DNA of 43,714 bases from a virus (Duplodnaviria > Caudoviricetes), in IMG/VR virus record IMGVR_UViG_3300048853_000032, positions 1 through 43,714 of that record, one strand, 5' to 3'. The notes below the pieces were generated by a model. That model worked only from the letters and a program-made list of their open reading frames with translations. It was not told where the DNA came from and did no database searches. Numbering within the stretch: position 1 is the first letter of the stretch; each line of letters starts with the position of its first letter. A program made the position numbers and the translations under genes. Shown piece after piece: positions 1 to 8,433 of this stretch.

Positions 1-127
1 CGTGCGTTGCGCTCGCCAGCCGCAGCACGGCCTAACGCGTTCCCCACGATATTCGCCGAACTGGGAAACGCGGGGAACGTCCCGACACGATTTCAAACAC
101 TTGACCCAAATTCCTAATCTGGGGGTC
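1..127 (+). repeat. 127-bp terminal direct repeat, left copy (circular overlap)
   Basis: Identical to 43588-43714. Confidence 0.97.
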
Positions 128-211
128 ACGCGTTCGAATCGCGTCGGGATCACCATTAAAATCAATCACTTAATGAATGAGACGTTCCCCGGCATTCCCC
201 GGGCGTTCCCC
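37..211. promoter_or_regulatory. attP accessory sites: IHF boxes and putative integrase arm sites
   Basis: AATCAATCACTTA (160-172) fits WATCAANNNNTTR and TTTCAAACACTTG (91-103) has one mismatch. GGGGAACGTC (72-81) and GACGTTCCCC (181-190) form a perfect inverted pair, with further GTTCCCC-like copies on both sides of the core. Confidence 0.7.
111..155 (+). other. attP: attP core: 3' half of a tRNA-Arg(CCT) gene
   Basis: Anticodon loop TTCCTAA, T-arm ACGCG-TTCGAAT-CGCGT and a CCA end, just past the integrase stop; no D-arm or 5' acceptor strand. Confidence 0.9.
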
Positions 212-213
212 AA

Positions 214-1482
214 TTATGTTTGCGGAACGTTCTTCTGGCCTCTGTGCGCAACGCGCAGCTCGGCAACTTTCTGCGTCTTCTCAAGCGTTTTTCTGTTGTA
301 GCGCTGCGTCGTCTGAGCGTTTTTGTGGTTCGCGTGATGACGCAAATGCTCGAGGTCGGCGCCTGCGTCTGAGCCCTCGGTGACACCGCCGGCGCGGCTG
401 TCGCGGTTCCACACGTTGGAGGGAACTCCGACTTCGTTGGCGATCTTCCGCCATAGCCGGGAGAAGTGCCGGTACCGATATGGCAAGCCGGTCGCCTCGA
501 ACTTGATCATCGGCCCGACGCGGTTCTCTGGCGGGATGCGATCGATGATCTCGCGCAGGAACGGATAGGCCATCGTGTCGTGCTCGGCGACGACATCATC
601 CACCTTGCTCGTCGTCTTGGTGAGGATGCCGTTCTCGTCGAGGTGAGACCACAGGAGGCCGTCGCGCCACCGCTGGCCGAGATCCACAATCCCGCCGGCA
701 TTCGCATCGGTGACCTTTTCCCATCGGCCGATAACGTCGATCTGGCGCAATGTCAGTTCGAACTGAAGTGCCTGGGCGAGCGCAATGGAAAGTTGTCCGT
801 TCTCGATTGCCCTGTCGCAGATCGCTTTCGCCTGCTCGAACGTGATCGCCGCGGTGCGTGCCTTCGGCGACGTGAATTCAAGCTGCTTCAGGATAGCGGA
901 AAGGCGGAAGCACTCAGTGATGTTCAGCACGACACCGAAACCTATGACGATGCGCAAGAGCTGCATGGCCTTGTAGGCGCGACGGACCCGCTCTTGGTTG
1001 GGCGGTAGGATGATGCCCTTCGCGGCGAGCTCGGCGCGGCGCTTGGCCTTCTTCTCGGTATCGACGGCCGGTTCCTTGAAGTTGGCGTACCAGCGCTTGA
1101 AGTCGAGGCCGGTAAGCTTCTCGAGGCGACGGGAACCCACGGTCTTTTCGAGAAGGCCCAGGCTCTCATCATACATGGCCCGGGTGTTACTGCGGACTTC
1201 GTGATAGGGGCTTTCGGGCGTCTGCTGATAGAGCCGGATGACAGACCGCAAGGTGCCGTCGTATCCGCGCTTTCCATCGAGGCCGTTCCCTGACAGCCAT
1301 TCCTTGAACTCGGCTTGCAGCACGCGGCACTGCGCCTCGATCTCGTCGGGTGTGCCTTCGAGCCGTACGGTCTTATGCTTGTATTCTTTGGCTTTGGGCG
1401 ACGAGGACTTCGCCACCCAGTAATAGGCGATGGTGCCATCGCTTCGAGGTCGGGCTTTTAAGCCCGGGGCTTTTACGTCCAT
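214..1482 (-). CDS. int: Tyrosine integrase
   Basis: 422 aa; LRQID (Arg I), RDSR, HANH and TTQRY motifs; adjacent to attP. Confidence 0.93.
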   Translation of the reverse strand: MDVKAPGLKARPRSDGTIAYYWVAKSSSPKAKEYKHKTVRLEGTPDEIEAQCRVLQAEFKEWLSGNGLDGKRGYDGTLRSVIRLYQQTPESPYHEVRSNTRAMYDESLGLLEKTVGSRRLEKLTGLDFKRWYANFKEPAVDTEKKAKRRAELAAKGIILPPNQERVRRAYKAMQLLRIVIGFGVVLNITECFRLSAILKQLEFTSPKARTAAITFEQAKAICDRAIENGQLSIALAQALQFELTLRQIDVIGRWEKVTDANAGGIVDLGQRWRDGLLWSHLDENGILTKTTSKVDDVVAEHDTMAYPFLREIIDRIPPENRVGPMIKFEATGLPYRYRHFSRLWRKIANEVGVPSNVWNRDSRAGGVTEGSDAGADLEHLRHHANHKNAQTTQRYNRKTLEKTQKVAELRVAHRGQKNVPQT

Positions 1483-1718
1483 TTCTCTTCTCCATCTAGG
1501 CCGGGATTGGCCTGCTGCGATTGTGAAGCGAGTCCGTACCTGCGATCAAGGAAAGCCTGGCAGGCGGGCCAGTATCGGCGGTTCTGGAAGAGAGGATCTG
1601 GCGCCGGGAAGCCGGACTTGTGCAGCGCAGGAAGCGCCGTCATCAGCAAATCCGTGCTGATCCCCATGCGCTCGGCGAGCTGCGCGTCTGTAAGGAAGAG
1701 CGCGCTGGCTTTCGTCAT
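1473..1718 (-). CDS. xis: Excisionase-like small DNA-binding protein
   Basis: 81 aa, wHTH-like (LTDAQLAERMGIS...GFPAPD...RRYW); overlaps the int start. Confidence 0.75.
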   Translation of the reverse strand: MTKASALFLTDAQLAERMGISTDLLMTALPALHKSGFPAPDPLFQNRRYWPACQAFLDRRYGLASQSQQANPGLDGEEKWT

Positions 1719-1972
1719 CTTGCCGAACCTCCCGCGAGCGCCAGATTAAATTTGGTGTTTGCAAGGGGCTGGAAATGGCGAAGATCGAGAAGGGAAGCCG
1801 CGTCCTGCTTGCCGGAACCGTTACGAGGGTAGGCGAGGACGGCATGGTGTCCGTCAAATTGAGGGGCTACGATTATCCTATCACGCTTCATGAGAAGTAC
1901 CTTGGCGAGGTTATCCCGGCCGAGAAGGCGAAGCCGAAGAGAAAGCCGGCGATGGATAAGACGTGAAGTCAT
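1715..1972 (-). CDS. Hypothetical 85-aa ORF coupled to both neighbours
   Basis: ATGA overlaps at 1969-1972 and 1715-1718; the translation is not convincingly protein-like. Confidence 0.35.
   Translation of the reverse strand: MTSRLIHRRLSLRLRLLGRDNLAKVLLMKRDRIIVAPQFDGHHAVLAYPRNGSGKQDAASLLDLRHFQPLANTKFNLALAGGSAR
1775..1966 (+). CDS. Small beta-rich (KOW/SH3-like) hypothetical protein, antisense to the early operon
   Basis: 63 aa IEKGSRVLLAGTVTRVGEDGMVSVKL pattern; purine-rich RBS (AAGGGG) upstream. Confidence 0.6.
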   Translation: MAKIEKGSRVLLAGTVTRVGEDGMVSVKLRGYDYPITLHEKYLGEVIPAEKAKPKRKPAMDKT

Positions 1973-3045
1973 TTCGCCCCCTTCACGGAGAGGGCGGCGC
2001 GGGCGGCTTCGTCGAACGTTTTGCCAAAGCCGAGAATGTCGCCGGTCTGGTGGGGGACACGGCCGAGCGGGTCGCCGTAAGGCTTCATGTCGATCGGACC
2101 TTTGCCCGGCAGGCGAACGAGCCATGGCGCTGGGCAATTCGGGTTGTGCTGCACGGCGAAAGTGAGCTTGCAGAGATCGTCCAGAGCTTCCCGCATCCGC
2201 ACCAACTCGCCGTCTGGCGGGGAGGCGGATATACGACGCAACTCGAAACCTTGGCCGGCGAGCCTGTCGATGATCTCCAGAACTTCATCGGGCGAGATAT
2301 TGTTGATGTCCCAGGTGAGTGCTTGCGCCAATGCGATGCGCTCTTCGTGCGTGCTGGCGACCGGCTCTGGTGCGTCTCGTCTCGGGGAAACACGCGGCGC
2401 AATAGACAGATCGATCGGCTTGAAAAAGCCGTTGATTTGCAGAGTGACGGCGACGCGGCCAAGCGGCTTTTGCTCGATTTCTCCCACCTGACGTGCATTC
2501 AGCGCGGCGCACAGAGCAGAGATAAGATCTTCCGGAGATGCAGAATCTTCAACCCAAGGCGCCGCGATCAGGTCGCAATCGCGCTTCATGGAACCGTGCA
2601 ACCCGACCGAATAGCCAGCCGAACGGGCCGTTGCCCATATCAGCCGGAAATCTGGCAATCGCGGGTCGGTCCAGCCTTTAGCTGGGTTCTCATATTTGGG
2701 AGGAGCGGAAAAGTCTGGCCACTCGCCGCTTACCGGCTCTGGCGGGGAGCGGAGGGCGGAAAATATCTCGGACACACGAGCTTTGGCTCGGGATGACCAG
2801 CCGTGAATATCACCTACCTGACGGGCGTTCCATGCCCCTCCGATCAACTCGGCTATTGCGGCTTCGGCTTCCTCCAGCTCCACGCGGCTCCCTTCACCGA
2901 TAGCGGGGGAAACGGAGGCTTCTACTAATTCGCCGCGCTGGAACGCACGGGAGAGCGCATCGTAATAGGCCTGCTTGTCCGAGGGGCTATTCGTCTTGAA
3001 GGCCTTTAGGCGCAGTCTGTCCAATTCCTTGCTGATCTCACTCAT
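1969..3045 (-). CDS. Mosaic early protein with a nucleotidyltransferase-like domain
   Basis: 358 aa; LHGSMKRDCDLIAAPW and a later IDLS; Pro-rich linkers separate the modules. Confidence 0.75.
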   Translation of the reverse strand: MSEISKELDRLRLKAFKTNSPSDKQAYYDALSRAFQRGELVEASVSPAIGEGSRVELEEAEAAIAELIGGAWNARQVGDIHGWSSRAKARVSEIFSALRSPPEPVSGEWPDFSAPPKYENPAKGWTDPRLPDFRLIWATARSAGYSVGLHGSMKRDCDLIAAPWVEDSASPEDLISALCAALNARQVGEIEQKPLGRVAVTLQINGFFKPIDLSIAPRVSPRRDAPEPVASTHEERIALAQALTWDINNISPDEVLEIIDRLAGQGFELRRISASPPDGELVRMREALDDLCKLTFAVQHNPNCPAPWLVRLPGKGPIDMKPYGDPLGRVPHQTGDILGFGKTFDEAARAALSVKGAK

Positions 3046-3410
3046 CGCTGGCCCCCTGTGGAGTTGGAACGGGCGGCGAGAGCAATTGTCATCTCGTTGT
3101 TGATGCTTCGAAATTCCCAGTAGCCCGGTAGTTCAACGCGGCCTTCGTCTCCGATCTGCGGAGATATCCAGTCGAATTCGGCCCATACGTGATCACCTAC
3201 AGCGAACCCCGCAGCCTCGGCGGCCAGAAGGATTGCTTCGGACTGACCGTAGATATCGCCAGCATCATCGTCAAAAGACTTGGGGAACGAGGTAAGGACG
3301 TGCGAGCCATGCTCATTTCGCCCATCGAGGAAGACGACACAGAACGGCCGGCTCAACGCCTCCGCCGCTGCATTCATCGCGTCTATCGCCGCGCGGTGTT
3401 TCTGAGTCAT
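3042..3410 (-). CDS. Hypothetical protein
   Basis: 122 aa; ATGA-coupled on both sides. Confidence 0.75.
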   Translation of the reverse strand: MTQKHRAAIDAMNAAAEALSRPFCVVFLDGRNEHGSHVLTSFPKSFDDDAGDIYGQSEAILLAAEAAGFAVGDHVWAEFDWISPQIGDEGRVELPGYWEFRSINNEMTIALAARSNSTGGQR

Positions 3411-3604
3411 GGGTTGATCCTCGCGTTGACGATGGCGGTGACGGCGTCCTGCTGCGGGGTGCTCAGTTTCAGGAACATGCCGTGCGGATCAGCCTGGAAA
3501 TCGCGCCACTTCTTTTCCGTGATCGGTCCTGCCGCCTCGATGTGGTGACGGTCGATGCCGCAGATCGCGGTCATGATGGCGCGCATGCTGGAAGTCGTGA
3601 GCAT
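3407..3604 (-). CDS. Hypothetical protein
   Basis: 65 aa; coupled; GGAGG RBS. Confidence 0.7.
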   Translation of the reverse strand: MLTTSSMRAIMTAICGIDRHHIEAAGPITEKKWRDFQADPHGMFLKLSTPQQDAVTAIVNARINP

Positions 3605-3936
3605 CAGAGCCCTCCTCCAAACTGTTGCCGATGATTGTGGGTGCCGTTGCCGTCCTGATCGGGCGTGTGGTCGGGCTCCTCGGCCGCTTCCTCGATCAGG
3701 TCGGAATATCCGTGCGCGATGTCGGTCGCGATGCCGTCGGCTTCGTACAGATAGCCATCGTCACCGCCGTCTGTGGCGATGATCTCGGCGATGGAATTCA
3801 TGAGCACGCGCCCGAGCCGCTGAAGGGACTCGCTGTGCTTGCGCGCATCGGTGTTCTCGATGAACTCGCGATCCGCATCGTCGACCGCATCACGCATCGT
3901 CTGGAAGGAACCGGCAATGTGAAGCCGCTTGTTCAT
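3604..3936 (-). CDS. Acidic hypothetical protein
   Basis: 110 aa; coupled within the operon. Confidence 0.75.
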   Translation of the reverse strand: MNKRLHIAGSFQTMRDAVDDADREFIENTDARKHSESLQRLGRVLMNSIAEIIATDGGDDGYLYEADGIATDIAHGYSDLIEEAAEEPDHTPDQDGNGTHNHRQQFGGGL

Positions 3937-4124
3937 GGCAGCAACTTCCTCGCCAGCTTGCGCAGCTCGGAGATAATCGTTGTCTGATCCATCCGCCGGG
4001 TCGCGTCACGGCGAAGCTGGTCATGAATGTCATCGCGCTTGAGGCGGACAAGAATGTCCTTGGCCTTCGCGTTCGGCGCCTGCGTTTCCAGATACGAGAT
4101 GATCTCCGAGCGGTTCACGATCAC
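3933..4124 (-). CDS. Hypothetical protein
   Basis: 63 aa; GTGA/ATGA coupling. Confidence 0.7.
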   Translation of the reverse strand: MIVNRSEIISYLETQAPNAKAKDILVRLKRDDIHDQLRRDATRRMDQTTIISELRKLARKLLP

Positions 4125-5221
4125 TCTCCGTCGATGATGCCTTGGACATAGGTGTTGGTCGCGTCGGCGTCGGCCTCGTCCTTCAGGCGCATGTTGTGGG
4201 CCCGAAGGATCGATTGCGCCGCGGTCGCGGTTACCTCGTTCGCGCCGACAAACTTCGGCTTGAACGCTTCGTGAGACGCGATCAGTCCGTCGCGGTCGAT
4301 CTCGCCGGCGAGCGTCTGGTGATACTCGGTCAGCAGCGCGCGATCATGAGTGGGGGCCGGTTCTTGGGAGGAGGAGAGCGGACCGGCCCCCGTATCAACC
4401 TGCCGGGAGGAGGAGGCAGGCCGATCTTGCGATGTGGATGTGTTCTCGCCGCGCGCCCAGGCGCGAAGCTTGCGGCCGCACTCCTCGTCCACCCGCTTGC
4501 CGGCGGGGAAGAACGGAAGGTGCTGGCTCTGGATCTTGCCGTGGACGGCCTGACCGTTCTCGATCAGCGGCACGCCGGGATTGTCGGGCGTGACCGTGAA
4601 GCTCATGGTCATCTCGTACATAAAGCGCTTCTCGCAGATCGGTACCCAACCGGCGCTTTCGATCGCGGTCTTCTCGCGGTTCGTCCTCTCGTCGAAGACC
4701 TTCACGAATTTGATCTTCTCTTCGGCGCGAAGGCAGAAAATGATGTAGGCGCGCACCTGGCGCAGCGGCGACATGAGCCGGGTCTTGTGCCGGGTCTTCG
4801 GCACCTTCCACGCCGGCGCGTTGAATTTGTCGATCTCCCAGCCCTCGAGGCGGTCGTAGGGCTTCCGCGCGAGGCGGGCCACCTCCTCGTCGTGCATTTC
4901 CTGCAGCCCGCCGACACCTTCGTATTCGTCGGACGTGCTGTCGATGATGATGACCTTCGCCCCTGCCCTCTCCGCCTTCTGGATCGCCTCGATGTAGGCT
5001 TCCGGCGTGAACGGCGGTTTCATGTCCATGTGCTTGAACTTGAACTGGTCGGCGTAGTGCAGCATGCGCTTCGCCTCGGTGTCGATGGCATAGATCGGTT
5101 CGCCCTGGGCGAGGCCGGTCGCCATCTTCAGCGCGGAGAAGGTCTTGCCGCTGCCGGATGCGCCGGCGATGGCGATCAATAGGCTGGTGTCGTCGCGGTA
5201 GGCGTCAACGAATTCAGACAA
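4121..5221 (-). CDS. Sak4-like / AAA_24 recombination ATPase
   Basis: Walker A GASGSGKT, IDTE and Walker B IIIDS; probable TTG start at 5221; near the exonuclease gene. Confidence 0.82.
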   Translation of the reverse strand: MSEFVDAYRDDTSLLIAIAGASGSGKTFSALKMATGLAQGEPIYAIDTEAKRMLHYADQFKFKHMDMKPPFTPEAYIEAIQKAERAGAKVIIIDSTSDEYEGVGGLQEMHDEEVARLARKPYDRLEGWEIDKFNAPAWKVPKTRHKTRLMSPLRQVRAYIIFCLRAEEKIKFVKVFDERTNREKTAIESAGWVPICEKRFMYEMTMSFTVTPDNPGVPLIENGQAVHGKIQSQHLPFFPAGKRVDEECGRKLRAWARGENTSTSQDRPASSSRQVDTGAGPLSSSQEPAPTHDRALLTEYHQTLAGEIDRDGLIASHEAFKPKFVGANEVTATAAQSILRAHNMRLKDEADADATNTYVQGIIDGE

Positions 5222-5235
5222 GGCGGGTCTCTTTC

Positions 5236-6165
5236 TCAGGCAGGAGTGTGAACGGAGGGCAAGCCGTTGCCGATGCTCGGCCGGGCAAGGTCCGGATGGT
5301 CGCGCATCCACTGCTGGACGAACCAAAGCTGTCCGCAGCCGCCGCCGATGTCGTCTTGTCCTGCCGGGTCGAACACGCGCACGTCATAGCCGCGGGTGAC
5401 GAGCTTGGAGGCAAATTCAGATGCGAGCTGGATCTGATGGCCATTTCTGGCTGGCATGCCTTCGTTGCGCTCGCAGATGACGCTTACCGTGGCATTCCAT
5501 ATCGACGGATCCAACGCGTCGAGCAGGTTGTCCGCGTCCTGATGAGATGAATTGTCGTCACCGGCGCAGTAATTGAAGAACGGCTTCCGTCCCGTCGCAT
5601 CGTGCCAAGCGGCGCCGACGGTCGCGATCTGCCTGAGCGTGAGTTTCTTCTTGAACGGGATAAGAGCGTTGCGGCGCTCGTCCGTCGATTGGTGCACGGA
5701 GAACTGCAGCCCAACCGTCGGGATTTGCTGGCTGATCGAATAGACCCAATCGTAATCGATGTCGGGGCCGATCGTGCTTATCAGTAGCGCCGCGTTCGGA
5801 TACTTGCCGTACAGCCCCTGAAGCGTGCTGATCATGCCCGACTTGTTGAGCAGGGGTTCACCCATACTCATGAACATGATCTGCAGGCGCTTCATCAGCA
5901 GTGGCTCAACGCCGGTGTCTGCAAGGCAACGGTCAACCTGGGCGACGATCTCCTCCGCGGAGAAGCTGCGAACGAAATGATCACCAGCACCGCAGAAACG
6001 GCAACCAACAGGGCATCCGCTCATCGTCGAGCAGCAAATCACCGTTCTCGTCAGATAGTCGGGGTATCGATAGAGTACCGCCTCAGCGACTCCGCTCTCC
6101 TTGGTGAAAACGTACTTGCTCACGTTTCCTTCGACGCTCGGAATAACCTTCACATCAGCAAACAT
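5236..6165 (-). CDS. RlmN/Cfr-family (class A) radical SAM methyltransferase-like protein
   Basis: ICCSTMSGCPVGCRFC (CxxxCxxC plus upstream Cys), FMSMGEPL, FSVH and DIGGGCGQL. Confidence 0.9.
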   Translation of the reverse strand: MFADVKVIPSVEGNVSKYVFTKESGVAEAVLYRYPDYLTRTVICCSTMSGCPVGCRFCGAGDHFVRSFSAEEIVAQVDRCLADTGVEPLLMKRLQIMFMSMGEPLLNKSGMISTLQGLYGKYPNAALLISTIGPDIDYDWVYSISQQIPTVGLQFSVHQSTDERRNALIPFKKKLTLRQIATVGAAWHDATGRKPFFNYCAGDDNSSHQDADNLLDALDPSIWNATVSVICERNEGMPARNGHQIQLASEFASKLVTRGYDVRVFDPAGQDDIGGGCGQLWFVQQWMRDHPDLARPSIGNGLPSVHTPA

Positions 6166-7175
6166 TAGACAGGCTCCACGATGGGGATGGGTTTGTAAGC
6201 TGTGCGCTCAAAGGCGGGCATCGGATCGAAGCCGAGTCCCTGAAGGCGCGGATCGTCGATCTCGCGGGCGCACCAGCGGGTGTCGAGGTAGGCGGGGAAT
6301 TCGGCCGTCACGATGTTCGTCGGGTAGCCGGGCCAATTGTTCTCGGCCATGCACTTCCGCCACATCAGGAAGGCGGCGCTGACCATCTTCGCACCGATAT
6401 CCTGCGCTGCCTGGTCGGTCTTCGCGACGGTGATTTCGAACGGCGGCGATTGCTCCTGCATCAGGAACAGGAAGTCGAGCACCATTTCGCGCCGGTCGAT
6501 TTCCGGAAAGATCTGGCGGATGACGCGGCGATAGAACGCGTCCTGAAAATGGTAGTTGTTGTTGTAGAGCGTGTTCTTGACCTTCTCAGGCGACACGCTG
6601 AGCTCCGTCGTCTTGTAGTCGACGATCGTGAGGCGCGGCTTAGTGATGTGGATTCGGTCCATGCGGATGCGAGTCCAGCCGCCGCAGGGATCTTTGACGC
6701 AAGCCGTCACTTCGTTGAACGGGTTTTCGATCGGTTCCTTGCTGGCGATGGCCCGCAGCGCTTCATGCTCGCTTTCGGCCAGCACGCGCCGGGCCTTGTC
6801 GACCATCGCAAGCACGGTCTCATAGTCGGGCGCCGGTACCGGGATGGCGCCGCGCTCCTGGGCTTCTCTGCGCTCTTCCTGCGCCTTCTTCGTCTTGAAG
6901 TCGCCTGCATCGATGACGCAGATTTCCGTCGGTTGCCGCAGCAGCATGGCGTGAGCGGCCGAACCGATTTCGCGCGTGCGGTCGTTCTTCTGTTCCTTGT
7001 CCGCCTGCTTCGTCAGCCGCGGGTGCGCCGAGAAGGCGTGCAGCGGGCTTTCCTCGATCAGCTTGAGCGCGATCGACCGGCTGAGGCTCGGATCGGGACA
7101 AGGATCGGCATGATAGGCGATCTCGCTCATGTGATAGAGGCCGGGCCGGTCGACGGTTTCGGAGTTGATGAGCAT
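6165..7175 (-). CDS. PD-(D/E)XK exonuclease (exonuclease VIII/RecE-like)
   Basis: YHADPCPDPSLSRS, IGSAAHAMLL, RMDRI, IVDYKTT, YHFQDAFY, WPGY. Confidence 0.88.
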   Translation of the reverse strand: MLINSETVDRPGLYHMSEIAYHADPCPDPSLSRSIALKLIEESPLHAFSAHPRLTKQADKEQKNDRTREIGSAAHAMLLRQPTEICVIDAGDFKTKKAQEERREAQERGAIPVPAPDYETVLAMVDKARRVLAESEHEALRAIASKEPIENPFNEVTACVKDPCGGWTRIRMDRIHITKPRLTIVDYKTTELSVSPEKVKNTLYNNNYHFQDAFYRRVIRQIFPEIDRREMVLDFLFLMQEQSPPFEITVAKTDQAAQDIGAKMVSAAFLMWRKCMAENNWPGYPTNIVTAEFPAYLDTRWCAREIDDPRLQGLGFDPMPAFERTAYKPIPIVEPV

Positions 7176-7177
7176 GG

Positions 7178-7495
7178 TCACGGTGCTGCCCCCTCGTTTT
7201 GCAGGGCGGCGAACCATTCACGAGCCTCGTCGAAGTTCTCCTCGGCGCGCTTCATCCATAGGTCACGTCGAGGCTCTCGCTTCTCCAATCCGACACACGC
7301 CAGCATCGCTACGCGTGCGGCCGCTACTGCGAGCTCTCCGACAATGATCTGGAATGCGAGTTCCATTGGAACGCCGGCATCGACAAGCTCCTCAGCCATC
7401 TGCATAGCCAAAGCCATCCGATACTTCGTGGTGATCTCGTCAGCACGCGCGCGTAGTTCAGGGGGGAGATTGAATGTTTCGGGCAATTCGCTCAT
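7178..7495 (-). CDS. Hypothetical protein
   Basis: 105 aa, helical; packed in the operon. Confidence 0.7.
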   Translation of the reverse strand: MSELPETFNLPPELRARADEITTKYRMALAMQMAEELVDAGVPMELAFQIIVGELAVAAARVAMLACVGLEKREPRRDLWMKRAEENFDEAREWFAALQNEGAAP

Positions 7496-7499
7496 CGGC

Positions 7500-7907
7500 T
7501 CAATCCCCGCTGTCCACGGTCATGTCGAGACCGCAATGCGCGCAACGGGCGGGATTCCAGCCTCGACGGGGATTAGCGCTCGCGCCGGCAACAGCCTTAT
7601 GCTTGCAGATAGCGAACGCCATCACGCGGGGCTCAGGCGTCGGGTAGCTGTTGCCGTATCGGACGGCGTAACCTTCGCCCGTCAACTCGCCGGCCTGATT
7701 GTGCGACAGAAAGAAATAGGTCCACTGCTTCCGGCCATCGACGTTCGAATAGCCCCACTTCGGAGTCCAGCAGTGGCCGACGGAAGCGAGCATGTTCAGG
7801 AAGCGCTGACCGTCGACTTCCTCGATATTCGGGAGCGCAACGGCGCCCTTCAGGATCGGCGCCAGGTCATCGTCGAGCGTGTAAACTTTGTTGGTGAGAG
7901 TGTTCAT
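7500..7907 (-). CDS. Hypothetical protein with a C-terminal Cys/His cluster
   Basis: 135 aa; CKH...CAHC; GGAGG RBS; ATGA coupling. Confidence 0.75.
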   Translation of the reverse strand: MNTLTNKVYTLDDDLAPILKGAVALPNIEEVDGQRFLNMLASVGHCWTPKWGYSNVDGRKQWTYFFLSHNQAGELTGEGYAVRYGNSYPTPEPRVMAFAICKHKAVAGASANPRRGWNPARCAHCGLDMTVDSGD

Positions 7908-8137
7908 GCCCGGCCTCCACCATGCATGCGCACAGCAACTCCCTCGAGTTCATCTGCGAAATTGCGGAGAACGGACGGAGAGACAGCCGCGCGGGCTCTC
8001 TCATCAACAACGGCGCACATAAGGCCGATAACTGCTGTGGCGAGAAGAGTCGGGCTCTCAGACTTAGCGACCGCCATCAGTAGCGCCTTCATGTCGATGC
8101 CAGCTTCCGCGAAAACTTCCTGCGGTGTCTGGGTCAT
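7904..8137 (-). CDS. Hypothetical protein
   Basis: 77 aa from ATG 8137; GGAGG RBS; ATGA coupling. Confidence 0.7.
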   Translation of the reverse strand: MTQTPQEVFAEAGIDMKALLMAVAKSESPTLLATAVIGLMCAVVDERARAAVSPSVLRNFADELEGVAVRMHGGGRA

Positions 8138-8310
8138 ACCCGCGCCTCCGCTGCAAGCTGGCGCTCGTAGTGGCACATGGTCGCGGTGACGTTCAGAGCG
8201 AACAGGCCAAGGGCGAGAATCGAAGCGAGGAGAATGATGGTGTGGGCGCGGGTGACGAGGCTTTTCATCAAGTCGCGCTGTTCGGCATTAAGGGACACAT
8301 GATGGGTCAT
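8134..8310 (-). CDS. Small membrane protein, first gene of the leftward early operon (not in the ORF track)
   Basis: 58 aa MTHHVSLNAEQRDLMKSLVTRAHTIILLASILALGLFALNV...; AGGAGA RBS; ATGA overlap with the next gene. Confidence 0.75.
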   Translation of the reverse strand: MTHHVSLNAEQRDLMKSLVTRAHTIILLASILALGLFALNVTATMCHYERQLAAEARV

Positions 8311-8333
8311 GGCGCTCTCCTATAGACACAAGG

Positions 8334-8376
8334 ATCGTACCCATTATGTGTATAACCGTCAACCCCAATATGTGTA
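8334..8376 (-). promoter_or_regulatory. PL-like promoter with two repressor operators
   Basis: TTGACG-N17-TACGAT on the minus strand; operators TACCCATTATGTGTA (8338-8352) and ACCCCAATATGTGTA (8362-8376). Confidence 0.8.
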
Positions 8377-8433
8377 CATCAATGAAATGGGCGCGGCTGT
8401 ATCCTCACCTCCTCTTGAGGAAAGGGGGCTCAA

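Noticed and set aside
80-155. Complete tRNA gene
   Set aside because: Only the anticodon loop to CCA is present; there is no D-arm or 5' acceptor strand.
5236-6165. Bona fide cfr resistance gene or host rlmN
   Set aside because: The motifs diverge (MSMGEP, STMSGC) and the N-terminal domain seems missing; the family is supported but orthology is not.
6450-8189. 579-aa plus-strand ORF
   Set aside because: Antisense to several coupled genes with RBSs and motifs; no recognisable domain; typical high-GC shadow ORF.
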